Origin: Tubiluchus corallicola
Lineage: Eukaryota; Animalia; Priapulida
DNA length: 64,000 nucleotides
Direction: 5' to 3'
Assembly (NCBI GenBank): GCA_030141605.1
Contig: JAQGDQ010002408.1
Span: 10,752 to 74,751 of the forward strand
The translations under genes were made by a program, and so were the position numbers. Shown here in pieces: positions 32,731 through 42,202 of this stretch. The notes beneath the pieces are model-generated. The model saw only the letters and a list, made by a program, of their open reading frames with translations, was not told the DNA's origin and did no database searches. Position 1 is the first letter of the stretch, and every line of letters begins with the position of its first letter.

Positions 32731-34248
32731 TTAATATCCTGTGTTATTTGGAAGTAGATTTGGGTTTCTCAGTATTTCAGAATTAGGTATTGGTAATAGT
32801 TTATGTTTTGCAGGATTTATGTTGGTGTGCGTTTCAAGTCCTTCACTCCCAAAAACATTCGATAAATTATAATTATCGTACTTATGTCTTCTTATAAGGT
32901 CGTACCATCTTTTCCATTCGAATGCAAGTTCTATCCTCCGTTCTTCTAAAATATCGTTCCTTAGTTGTGTGTCGTCTCCATTGTTTGTAATATCTGGCGG
33001 ATGGGTACGTGGTGTTCCGTCTGCATTTCTTGCTCTTTCTCTTATTTCGTTTACATAGGCAACTGCATCGGCTCCTCTACCTAATTCATTGAGGGCTTCT
33101 GCTGCTATTAGCAATACTTCTGCATATCTAAATATGATGTAATTGTAGTGAGAGGTTCTTCCATTGGCATCTGTCTTATCTCCTGTATGTTGCCATTTGG
33201 CAATATGAGGCCTCTTGATTTCAAATTCTGTATAATTTTTAGTAACGTCCTGATTGTTTTCTGTAAAAACCTCTTCTGTGAGAAAACTAACCTCTTTTCT
33301 ATAATCTAAGTCATTGAAACTTTCAAATACTTTTAAAGATGGAACAACAACACTCCATTTGTTTATTTTGGCTCCTTTGACACCTGTAATAGGGCTCATA
33401 TAGTCTAGGTTATGGCGTCCGTCACGGGTGTTTGCTAAAAAATCGACAGCCCATATAGTTTCTTCTGTATCTCCATTTTCAGCTATCCATAAATCTTGAA
33501 AGTCTTCTACTAAACCTACATTAAAATCTCCTTTTTTGTCTATTACTATTTTAGCGTTTTCATAGGCTTTTTCCCAATTTTCTTGGGTTAGGTAAATAGA
33601 GGCCAACAATGTATGTGCTGCTGCTTTTGAGGCTCTTGTTTTTGAGCTTCCATCGCCGTACTTGTCAGGCAACCAATTTACAGCTTCTTCACAATCAGCT
33701 ATAATTTGACTATAGACTTCATTTGCTGGTGTTCTTGAAATCTGTGATACTTCACTGGGGTTTGTTATAAGTTCTGTAATGAATGGAAGGTCTCCAAATA
33801 ACCTTACTAAGTGATAGTAACATAATGCTCTTATTACTTTTGCTTCGTGGATAAGTGCTTTTTCTTCGTCTTCTTCCAATCCTACATTGGGAATTCCACT
33901 TATGGCTGCATTGCTAGCACTAATAGCTTTGTAAAGTTGAGGCCAAAAAAGAGAAATAAGCCCATTTTCAGATGTATGTGTAAAATTGTTTATTTCTTGC
34001 CTATATGCGGCTGTTCCGTTATCTCCTATATCTGCCATATCGCTAAGTAGTTGTAATGCTATGTTCATCTCTCTTCCATAAATATCTTGATGTGCGAGTT
34101 CTCCATAAGCACCAAATACTGCTGCTTCTGCATCAGCTTTTGTTTTGAATAGGCTTTCGGGGTCTAATAAGCCAATAGGTTTTTCATCTAAGTTCATACA
34201 GCCTACAAAGAAGAAGGTTGTTATCAAATAATAAGTTACTTTTTTCAT
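32731..34248 (-). CDS. SusD/RagB-family lipoprotein
   Basis: Lipobox FVGC, RALCYYHLVRLFG, FRYAEVLL, ERRIELAFE..RWYDL, QNP-like NTGY end. Confidence 0.95.
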   Translation of the reverse strand: MKKVTYYLITTFFFVGCMNLDEKPIGLLDPESLFKTKADAEAAVFGAYGELAHQDIYGREMNIALQLLSDMADIGDNGTAAYRQEINNFTHTSENGLISLFWPQLYKAISASNAAISGIPNVGLEEDEEKALIHEAKVIRALCYYHLVRLFGDLPFITELITNPSEVSQISRTPANEVYSQIIADCEEAVNWLPDKYGDGSSKTRASKAAAHTLLASIYLTQENWEKAYENAKIVIDKKGDFNVGLVEDFQDLWIAENGDTEETIWAVDFLANTRDGRHNLDYMSPITGVKGAKINKWSVVVPSLKVFESFNDLDYRKEVSFLTEEVFTENNQDVTKNYTEFEIKRPHIAKWQHTGDKTDANGRTSHYNYIIFRYAEVLLIAAEALNELGRGADAVAYVNEIRERARNADGTPRTHPPDITNNGDDTQLRNDILEERRIELAFEWKRWYDLIRRHKYDNYNLSNVFGSEGLETHTNINPAKHKLLPIPNSEILRNPNLLPNNTGY

Positions 34249-34284
34249 CTTAGTGCCATTTTTAGGGTTAATACAATTCAGGGC

Positions 34285-37200
34285 TTAAAAGTTTACATTC
34301 ATACCAAAAGTGTATGTTCTAATAGCAGGATAGCTTCCATAATCCATTCCTATATTTTTATTTGACCTTGCATTGTCATTAGAACGGTAGCTTATTTCAG
34401 GGTCATATCCTTTGTATTTTGTAAATGTTAGTAAATTTTGAGCGCTTGCATAAAATCTTACTTGGCTAAATGCTTTAAGCCTTTTTAGTATCTTTTCTGG
34501 AAGGTTGTAGCCTAATGCTAAATTTTTCAGTCTAATATATGAGCCATCTTCAACCCACCTTGAAGATATTGTTGGGCTATGGTTGGCTGCTCGTGGCACT
34601 TCGTTACTGGGATTGCTAGGAGTCCATCTATCTAAAGCAGCAGTTGTTTGGTTGGCTCGGCCTGATATTTGCTCTAATTCAAGTCGTGTGACATTTAATA
34701 CATCATTACCTATTACGGCTTGGAAAAATATGTTTAAGTCAAAATTTTTGTAGGAAAGGGTATTGTTTAGTCCCCAAATATAGTCGGGGTGGGGGTTACC
34801 TATGATTGTCCTATCTCCTTCATCTATTTTACCATCACCATTAATATCTTTGTATTTAATATCTCCGGGTTGTTTGTCCGGTTCTAACGAGAAGTCATCT
34901 CCTTCTTGGTAAATCCCATCCCATGCATATCCCCAAAATGCACCTACAACTTCTCCTTCTCTTAATATTTGTGAGATTCGTGAGTCTCCCGGAAACAAAT
35001 GACCTGGGATATCTCCATAAAATATATCTCCTCCAGCTAATTCTGTTATTTTATTTCTATTGAATGATATGTTAAAATCTGTAGTCCACTGAAATTTGTT
35101 AATAAAGTTTCTTGTGGTTATGGCCAGTTCTAAACCTTTATTTTGAACTGCTCCAATATTGGTAAGCATTGTATTATATCCAGTATATCGAGGGAGTGGC
35201 AATTCATAGAGCAAGTCTTTGGTGTTCATTAAGTAGTAATCTGTTGTTATGTTTATTCTATTTTGAAGGAGACCTATATCTATTCCTATGTTGTATTGTT
35301 GTGTTTGTTCCCAAGTTAAATCACTATTAGCTAGTGCTGTGGGGCTGATGGCAACAACAGTCGTTCCGTCTATAACCGTTAATACATCGCTAAACTTTGC
35401 AAGAGATTGGTAGCTCCCTATGTCAGTATTTCCTGTAATGCCATAACTTAATCTAAATTTTAAGGAGCTAATTGTGTTAAAGTTCTTCAAGAATTCTTCT
35501 TCTTTTATATTCCAAGCCAGTGCTGCTGATGGAAAGAATGCCCATTTGTTGTTTTGTCCAAATCGTGAAGATCCATCATACCTCCCTGTAACGGTCAAAA
35601 GATATTTGCTGTCAAAGTTGTAATTTAGTCTTCCATACCAAGAGGCTAATTCCCATTCGGTAAGTTCAGAGGAGGGTTGTTGGTAATTAGCACCTCCTCC
35701 TAAGTTCCAAAAACTGTAATTGTCTGTTATAAAACTCCAGTTTTCTGCTTCCCATGTTTCTACTATTGATTGTTGGTAAGAGTATCCAAGTAGTGCAGAT
35801 AAGGTATGTTGTTCGTTTATTTTTTTTGTATAGTTGAGGTAGTTCTCATTGAGCAAATTAGTATTTTTTCTACCTTCTATAGAGGCTTTCCCATTTACAT
35901 TTTCTGCATCTAATAATGTTCGAGGTATAAATTCTCCTATTCTTCTGTTATAAATATTAGTTCCTAAGCTTACTCTTAGTCTTAATTCGTCTGAAATATC
36001 ATATTCTCCAAAAAGATTTATTTGTGTTCTGTCTATAATTTTTTCGTTTATTCTTTCCGTTGCAATAGCATAAGGGTTGTCTATTGGGTCGCTGATTTCA
36101 TTACGAGTAAAGTTGCCGTTGGCATCATAAATTCCTAATGTGGGTACAAATTTAAGAGCCGAAGAGATTACTCCTGTAGTAGGTCCTCCTGAACTTTCTT
36201 GAGTTCTCACTCCATTTGTATTAGTACGTCTAATTTGTATATTGCTTCCTATTTTTAATTTGTCGCTGGCTTGAAAATTAAGATTGTTTACTAATGAAAT
36301 TCTGTTAAAATCTGAATTGATAACTATTCCTTTGTTCCCAAAATAAGTTGTTGACAAGTAATAGGTTACCTTATCGCTTCCTCCCGAAAAGGATAATTGA
36401 TAGTTTTGAATGGAACCTTGTCTAAATATTTCATCTTGCCAGTCGGTATCTTCATATTCTGAAGCAGGTAGGGTATATCTAGGTGGTTCTTCTATGTTGT
36501 CGGACCAGTCGTTCATATATTCTATGAATTGTTCTGTGTTTAGGAGGTCTATTGTTTTAGTTATTTCTTGGATAGATGTAGAGACATTGAAACTTATTTG
36601 TGATTTTCCTATTTTTCCTGATTTTGTTGTAACGAGTACAACTCCGTTGGCACCTCTTGAACCGTATATGGCAGTTGAAGAGGCATCTTTTAGTATTTCT
36701 ATTGATTGAATGTCTTCTGGAGGTGGTAGGCTACCTCCTGCAAACCCATCTACTACGTATAGGGGGTCGCTACTTGCATTGATTGAAGTAGCACCACGTA
36801 TTCTTATTTTCATATCGCCTCCTGGCTCTCCGCTGTTTGCACTAGTTACCATTACTCCTGATGCTCTACCTTGCAATGCTTGTGTTATTCCTGATGCTGG
36901 GTAGGCGTTAATATCTTCGGACGACACAGATGATAGTGAGCCAGTTAAATCACTCTTTTTTTGTATTCCGTATCCAATGGCTACCACTTCGTCTAATCCT
37001 ATTGCACCAGATTCCATTACAACATTTATTTTTGTCTGTTTTTGTATAGGAATTTCTTGACTTTTCATACCTACAAAAGAAAATATAAGTGTCCCTTCAC
37101 TGTTGGGAACAGTTATGGTATATTCTCCGTTAGGGTTGCTTATAGTTCCTGTTGTAGTTCCTTTAACTAAGATAGTTACTCCGGGTAAGTCTTGTCCGTC

Positions 37201-37296
37201 TGAATCAACAACTTGTCCTGTTATTTCTATGCTTTGTGCCTTTAAATAGTTAGTGAATAATAAAGTTATTATCAAGTAAAAGAATAGTTTTTTCAT
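34285..37296 (-). CDS. SusC/RagA TonB-dependent transporter
   Basis: LDEVVAIGYG, ILKDASSTAIYGSRGANGVVLVTTK, C-terminal TFGMNVNF. Confidence 0.97.
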   Translation of the reverse strand: MKKLFFYLIITLLFTNYLKAQSIEITGQVVDSDGQDLPGVTILVKGTTTGTISNPNGEYTITVPNSEGTLIFSFVGMKSQEIPIQKQTKINVVMESGAIGLDEVVAIGYGIQKKSDLTGSLSSVSSEDINAYPASGITQALQGRASGVMVTSANSGEPGGDMKIRIRGATSINASSDPLYVVDGFAGGSLPPPEDIQSIEILKDASSTAIYGSRGANGVVLVTTKSGKIGKSQISFNVSTSIQEITKTIDLLNTEQFIEYMNDWSDNIEEPPRYTLPASEYEDTDWQDEIFRQGSIQNYQLSFSGGSDKVTYYLSTTYFGNKGIVINSDFNRISLVNNLNFQASDKLKIGSNIQIRRTNTNGVRTQESSGGPTTGVISSALKFVPTLGIYDANGNFTRNEISDPIDNPYAIATERINEKIIDRTQINLFGEYDISDELRLRVSLGTNIYNRRIGEFIPRTLLDAENVNGKASIEGRKNTNLLNENYLNYTKKINEQHTLSALLGYSYQQSIVETWEAENWSFITDNYSFWNLGGGANYQQPSSELTEWELASWYGRLNYNFDSKYLLTVTGRYDGSSRFGQNNKWAFFPSAALAWNIKEEEFLKNFNTISSLKFRLSYGITGNTDIGSYQSLAKFSDVLTVIDGTTVVAISPTALANSDLTWEQTQQYNIGIDIGLLQNRINITTDYYLMNTKDLLYELPLPRYTGYNTMLTNIGAVQNKGLELAITTRNFINKFQWTTDFNISFNRNKITELAGGDIFYGDIPGHLFPGDSRISQILREGEVVGAFWGYAWDGIYQEGDDFSLEPDKQPGDIKYKDINGDGKIDEGDRTIIGNPHPDYIWGLNNTLSYKNFDLNIFFQAVIGNDVLNVTRLELEQISGRANQTTAALDRWTPSNPSNEVPRAANHSPTISSRWVEDGSYIRLKNLALGYNLPEKILKRLKAFSQVRFYASAQNLLTFTKYKGYDPEISYRSNDNARSNKNIGMDYGSYPAIRTYTFGMNVNF

Positions 37297-37340
37297 AATG
37301 TTCGTTTTTTACTGACTTTTTATTTATGTATACAAAATGC

Positions 37341-37371
37341 GTGAGCGTTCACATTGTAATTTGCAAATATA
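37341..37371 (-). promoter_or_regulatory. susC promoter (-7 TATATTTG, 37364-37371) with LacI-type operator GTGAGCGTTCAC (37341-37352)
   Basis: Near-palindrome with central CG just downstream of the -7 box; the same motif recurs upstream of the other susC. Confidence 0.75.
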
Positions 37372-37467
37372 ATATACACAAATGCTTTCTCCAAAAAAAA
37401 AAGTACTTTTATATTACAAAGTTTAATGCTTATTATATGTTTCGTTTTTTTATAAAAATTGTATTGG

Positions 37468-38652
37468 TTATTTATATAGCCATATTAAAGGGTTTCTTAT
37501 AGGCAAATTTCTTATGACCTCTTGCACTTGGGGGTTGTGTTCTAAGGCTTTCCATATCTCATAGTGTTTTTCATTGTTAAAGGCGTTTGCCGCAAAAATA
37601 AGATAAGGCTGTGCCACAGGCCAGTTTTCCCAATACATCACATCGGGTTTTAATTTCCATTTACTTTTGTCTTCTACAAATGGGGTTAAAAACTCTACTC
37701 CTTTTTTAATGTTTCTTCCATCAGATAGTGTGTATTGCCATAGGTTATCATCTTCTGTCGATAGTATTTGGCAAACGGTTGCCATTGCATCCAAGTTAAA
37801 TAAGGAATATCCATAGGGTTTGGTTCTTTCTAATTCTTCTGGGAAACTGCCATTTTCTGCCATTTGGTCAGGTAGAAGGATGTTTTTATATCGTTCTTTA
37901 CAGAGTAGGAGGGTTTCTTTGTCGTCTGTTAATTTAGCAAAAGATGCTACTTGCATTGCCCAACAAGTTCCGTGGTTGTTTTCTTTTTCGCGTTCTGCTA
38001 TACCGTATTCGTGGGTAGTTATCCAGTTTAAATACTGTTTAAACCACTTTTGAACATTGTTAGAAAAGTTTTCATCAAGTAGGTTTAATTTTTTGAGAAT
38101 TAGGATACTCTGAGCTACTTCCATTAAGTGTATAGTATCTATGATACCAATGCCCCTTCCTGTTACACGTCCTGTAATTGCTTGTGCATAAAGTAGATGG
38201 GGGTTCATTCTTGTGTTGGGGTTTACAAACCACGCATCCAAGTGCTTTACAATATGCTCTATGTATGTTTTATCCTTATTAATAATATAGGCAGAAGTTA
38301 AAGTGCCAACAATACGGCTTAATCTTATCATCGCTAATCTATGGGCGACGAAGTTGTTAGGATTTGTTTGTCCATCTCTTTGGATGTAAGGGGCATTCGG
38401 ATTTTTGGGGTCAGGCCACCAATAATCGCCTTCGGAATAGAAATCGTGTTTCCCCCCAGCACTTCTTTCACAGTATTCGGCAGTAATGGTTATTGGCTCT
38501 TGTTGTAATGCCCATTTGCTATTTGCTAATATAGATGGCTTCAATACTTCTTGTGCTTTATAAAATATTTCGGTCTGTTTTTTTTCTGTTTTACAGAATT
38601 GAAATATAATTAGAAGAAGCAATAATGACAATATGTTAATGTTAGCTTTCAT
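37468..38652 (-). CDS. Alginate-lyase-domain (PF05426, PL38-like) lipoprotein, paralog B
   Basis: SAGGKHDFYSEGDYWWPDP, GRGIGIIDT, NNHGT, ELERTKPYGYSLFNL. Confidence 0.82.
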   Translation of the reverse strand: MKANINILSLLLLLIIFQFCKTEKKQTEIFYKAQEVLKPSILANSKWALQQEPITITAEYCERSAGGKHDFYSEGDYWWPDPKNPNAPYIQRDGQTNPNNFVAHRLAMIRLSRIVGTLTSAYIINKDKTYIEHIVKHLDAWFVNPNTRMNPHLLYAQAITGRVTGRGIGIIDTIHLMEVAQSILILKKLNLLDENFSNNVQKWFKQYLNWITTHEYGIAEREKENNHGTCWAMQVASFAKLTDDKETLLLCKERYKNILLPDQMAENGSFPEELERTKPYGYSLFNLDAMATVCQILSTEDDNLWQYTLSDGRNIKKGVEFLTPFVEDKSKWKLKPDVMYWENWPVAQPYLIFAANAFNNEKHYEIWKALEHNPQVQEVIRNLPIRNPLIWLYK

Positions 38653-38687
38653 AGTATAATTTTCTTTGAGTACTGGTAGTATGTAGA

Positions 38688-39917
38688 TTATTTATGTTCA
38701 TCATTTATGTTTTTCAACTTTATCAATGCCTCTAAAAAGTAGTATTCCGCATAAATTATAGGAACATCTACTTCTGAATTTTTAGGTTTATTCCCTGTGC
38801 TATGTAAAAGTATGAACCCTTTATTTTCGTTAGGTTTTGAGCGATAGTTAGAGGACGATAAGTTTCTTAGTATTTTTATAGCAGTGTTTTTGTAATTGTT
38901 TTTTCTATTATTTGAGTACTGCGATAGCTCCAATAGTGCCGAAGCCATTACTGTAGCAGCAGATACGTCTCTTGGCACGTTGGGAATTTGAGGGTCATTA
39001 AAGTCCCAGTAAGGAATTATATCATCAGGCAAGTTTTTATGAGAAATAATAAAAGAAGCTATTTTTTCTGCTTGATTTAAGTATGCTTCTTCTCCTGTTT
39101 CTCTATACATCATTGTAAAACCGTAAAGTCCCCAACTCTGTCCTCTTGCCCAAGCAGATTCGTGGGCATAGCCTTGATGAGTATGGCGTTGAACAACTTT
39201 GCCCGTTAATGTATCATAGTCTAATACGTGATAGGAGCTGTAATCTTTTCTAAAATGGTTTTTTAATGTTGCTTCGGTATGTGAAATAGCAATATTTTTT
39301 AATGTGTCATTGTTTGTTTCTTTTGCAACCCATAAGAGTAACTCTAAGTTCATCATATTGTCAATGATTACAGGGTAGTCCCACTTATCTTTATTATGAT
39401 CCCAGGACCTTATACAAGCTGTGTTGGGATTAAAACGTGTTGTAAGAGTTTTTGCCGACTGTATTAAAATGTCTTTGTATTCTTTATTTCCTGTTAGCCT
39501 GTAGGCATTACCGTAACTGCAAAACATTTTAAAGCCCATATCGTGTGTTTTTGCGTTGTATTTTTCTTGTTCTAATAGTTTGGTATATTTTTCGGCTTCT
39601 TTTTTCCATTTATTGTTATTGGTGTATTCGTACATATACCATAATGTTCCTGCGAAGAAACCACTTGTCCAATCTCTTGAGGCAACTAAGTGCAAACTTC
39701 CGTCGTTTTCTAAATTTCTAGGTGCTACTAATTTCTTTTGAGGGCTTTTCTGCTGTTCTGAACCCATTATTTGCTCGGTATTTTTAATTAAGATACTTAA
39801 CTGCTCTTCTGCAAAGAGAAAGTTTTCTTCCACAAGTTTATCTGCATTTTGGTTGTTGCACGATGTTGTTAAAAGAGTAATAAAAAATAATGCGATTGTG
39901 TATTGTTTTGTCATCAT
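38688..39917 (-). CDS. GH88 unsaturated glucuronyl hydrolase (lipoprotein)
   Basis: DWTSGFF, THDMGF, IIDNMMNL, WARGQSWG, RDVSA. Confidence 0.93.
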   Translation of the reverse strand: MMTKQYTIALFFITLLTTSCNNQNADKLVEENFLFAEEQLSILIKNTEQIMGSEQQKSPQKKLVAPRNLENDGSLHLVASRDWTSGFFAGTLWYMYEYTNNNKWKKEAEKYTKLLEQEKYNAKTHDMGFKMFCSYGNAYRLTGNKEYKDILIQSAKTLTTRFNPNTACIRSWDHNKDKWDYPVIIDNMMNLELLLWVAKETNNDTLKNIAISHTEATLKNHFRKDYSSYHVLDYDTLTGKVVQRHTHQGYAHESAWARGQSWGLYGFTMMYRETGEEAYLNQAEKIASFIISHKNLPDDIIPYWDFNDPQIPNVPRDVSAATVMASALLELSQYSNNRKNNYKNTAIKILRNLSSSNYRSKPNENKGFILLHSTGNKPKNSEVDVPIIYAEYYFLEALIKLKNINDEHK

Positions 39918-39957
39918 AATAATGAGTCTTTAAATTATGTTTTTAAAATTTTTATTG

Positions 39958-40743
39958 TTAATCTGATTTTATTTTTAGTATTGCATTTGCATATCTTTCG
40001 CCAAGTATGTGTAGGCTTTTGGTATCGAAGTGTATGCTGTCGTTTTTAGGTGTAAGGTTGTCTGATTTTACCAAGGCAGTGTGGTTTATGTTTTCTGTTA
40101 TGGTGTTTAGCATTGTATTAAAATCATTGACAGAGTTACGCCATTTGCCCAATTCTCCTGCTACGAATGGTAAGTTTGGACTATTTAGGTCTTGACGTAA
40201 ATCTGTTACCATTTTCTTTAGGTATTCCATATAGGTGTCAGCATTATTTTTATCGCTGCTCCCTTGATGCCACAATATGGCTTTTAGTGTGCCTCCTTTG
40301 GCTAAGGCTTCTTGTGTGCGTTTTATGGCTTCGTTATATAGTAGTGAATCTTTTTGCCACTTTTTTATACTTGTGCCTCCTCGTGCATTGACTATTAAGC
40401 CAATTTTTTTATTAGTTTCTTTTGATAGTTTTTCGCCAAACCTATATCCTAAACTTATTTCTTGCATTGATAGTTTTTTCCTTACGGTAGAATATTTGTT
40501 TAGAGGATGTTTTGCTTTTTCCCATTTTCCTTTGTCGTTGAATAGGTATACCTTTTCTAAAAGTAGTAGAGTGTCTTTAGGTTGCATTTCTCCCCTTCCT
40601 GCCATATTAGACTGTCCGATAAGTAAGTAGATGTCTAAGTTTGACTTATTTTTATCACATGACTTATTTTTATCACAAGAGGATAATACAAATAATAATA
40701 GCAGAAGAATATAAAGGATTTTATTTTTTATTGTTATCATCAA
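39958..40743 (-). CDS. SGNH acetylesterase (SASA/CE6-like) lipoprotein
   Basis: GQSNMAG, ARGGTSI, WHQGSSD, DSIHF. Confidence 0.88.
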   Translation of the reverse strand: MMITIKNKILYILLLLLFVLSSCDKNKSCDKNKSNLDIYLLIGQSNMAGRGEMQPKDTLLLLEKVYLFNDKGKWEKAKHPLNKYSTVRKKLSMQEISLGYRFGEKLSKETNKKIGLIVNARGGTSIKKWQKDSLLYNEAIKRTQEALAKGGTLKAILWHQGSSDKNNADTYMEYLKKMVTDLRQDLNSPNLPFVAGELGKWRNSVNDFNTMLNTITENINHTALVKSDNLTPKNDSIHFDTKSLHILGERYANAILKIKSD

Positions 40744-42136
40744 AATAATTTATAAGACTATATATTTGTGTATTAACTTCTTTCATCATTTTTAATAAAG
40801 AGTTGTAAGTATCGTATTTGTAATCAACAATTCCTTTGTTTGAGTCTGTATTAGAGAGTTCAGCATTTTTCTGTGTAGGGTCGTTGTCTTGATATTTGAA
40901 CCAGTGCCATCCTACACAATTTTTAGATTGCAATAGTCCTAAAGTGTAGTTTTGGTAAAATATTCCTCTGTCTTTTTGTGTTTTTACTATCCATCCTGCT
41001 CCTGATTGGTTGGGTAGTCCAGAATCTTCTGCTTTTACATACCATTCGGTTATCATAAATGGCTTGCCCGACCATTCTGTCCAAGCATTGATTTCTTCTT
41101 GTTGAGGTGTCCATCTGTGGTAATAGTTGCAGCTTACTATATCTACATATTTCCCTAGGGTAGTCATAAACAAAGCATTGTTTTTTTCATCTGTGTATAA
41201 CCTAGGTCCTAATATGAGGTGATTAGGGTCGTGTTTTCGTATGGCTTTGGTTACAATAGATAGATACTTATCGGCAATATATGCTCTAAATTCGTCTTTT
41301 ATATCATTTGTAAACTGGCTATCTTTGTTTAAACCTTTATTTTTTAACCATTGTATGGTAGCCTTGTATCCATTATCGTCTTTGTTTAATTTCAAGTATC
41401 CTTCGAGCATATTTCTTTTGAAAGGCATTTCATTGTCGGTGAAATAACCAAATAAATTGGCATCATTTTTTAATTGTACTAATTCTTTGGCTTTTTCATT
41501 ACAGAATGTTTCAAACTCTGGTTCGAAAACAAAGATAGCATTGTGTGGATAGCCTGTATGACCCGGTACTGCATAAGTTTTTCCCAATTTTTTTCCAAAA
41601 CTACTCATCAATGCAAGGTTGATAGTATAAGCAAAATGGGTATTGTTTTCTTTGTTTTGCTGTTGTATGTTTTCTACTTCTGACCAAGAGCCTGCTGAGT
41701 TGAAACCATTTTCTTTTAGCATTTTTATAGTTTCGTTTGTCCAGTTTTCTGTGTTGCCAAATTTTTCCTTAAAGGTTTGCTTTGTTCTATCTGATTTTCC
41801 TCTGTTGATTGAGTTTACGGATAGGTTTATTACGGGATGCCCATCAGGGGATATAATCCACCATCGGTTTTTTATTTTTTTTGTGTAGTAAAATCCTTTG
41901 GTTTCTTCTTTTATATCTGTTCTATCTCCGTATTTTCCTGTTTCTATTTTACTTTTTTTATAGCCTTTCAATTGCTTTATGGTAGTGGCTTCCATATTTT
42001 CCCAGTCTTTAAAATATGGTTGCTGTTTTTTGTTAGAAGGATATACCTTTTTTTTTACACTTACTACTGGCATTTTCGCCTCGCTATAAATACAGGATAT
42101 GAATAGTATTATCGAAAAAAATAATGTATTTCTCAT
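40721..42136 (-). CDS. Clan GH-A glycoside hydrolase, GH50/agarase-like catalytic domain
   Basis: RWWIISPDG, GFNSAGSWS, GYFTDNE, DPNHLILG, ITEWY, CVGWHWF. Confidence 0.7.
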   Translation of the reverse strand: MRNTLFFSIILFISCIYSEAKMPVVSVKKKVYPSNKKQQPYFKDWENMEATTIKQLKGYKKSKIETGKYGDRTDIKEETKGFYYTKKIKNRWWIISPDGHPVINLSVNSINRGKSDRTKQTFKEKFGNTENWTNETIKMLKENGFNSAGSWSEVENIQQQNKENNTHFAYTINLALMSSFGKKLGKTYAVPGHTGYPHNAIFVFEPEFETFCNEKAKELVQLKNDANLFGYFTDNEMPFKRNMLEGYLKLNKDDNGYKATIQWLKNKGLNKDSQFTNDIKDEFRAYIADKYLSIVTKAIRKHDPNHLILGPRLYTDEKNNALFMTTLGKYVDIVSCNYYHRWTPQQEEINAWTEWSGKPFMITEWYVKAEDSGLPNQSGAGWIVKTQKDRGIFYQNYTLGLLQSKNCVGWHWFKYQDNDPTQKNAELSNTDSNKGIVDYKYDTYNSLLKMMKEVNTQIYSLINYFDDNNKK

Positions 42137-42202
42137 AGAGTAGAATTATGCAACTTAATGTTATGTAAAAAAAATATGCAACATTAGGGATGGTTATTTT
42201 TA

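Noticed and set aside
28820-38603. Diversity-generating retroelement suggested by the paired near-identical blocks
   Set aside because: No reverse transcriptase, both copies lie in full-length paralogs, and the few mismatches do not show an adenine-specific pattern
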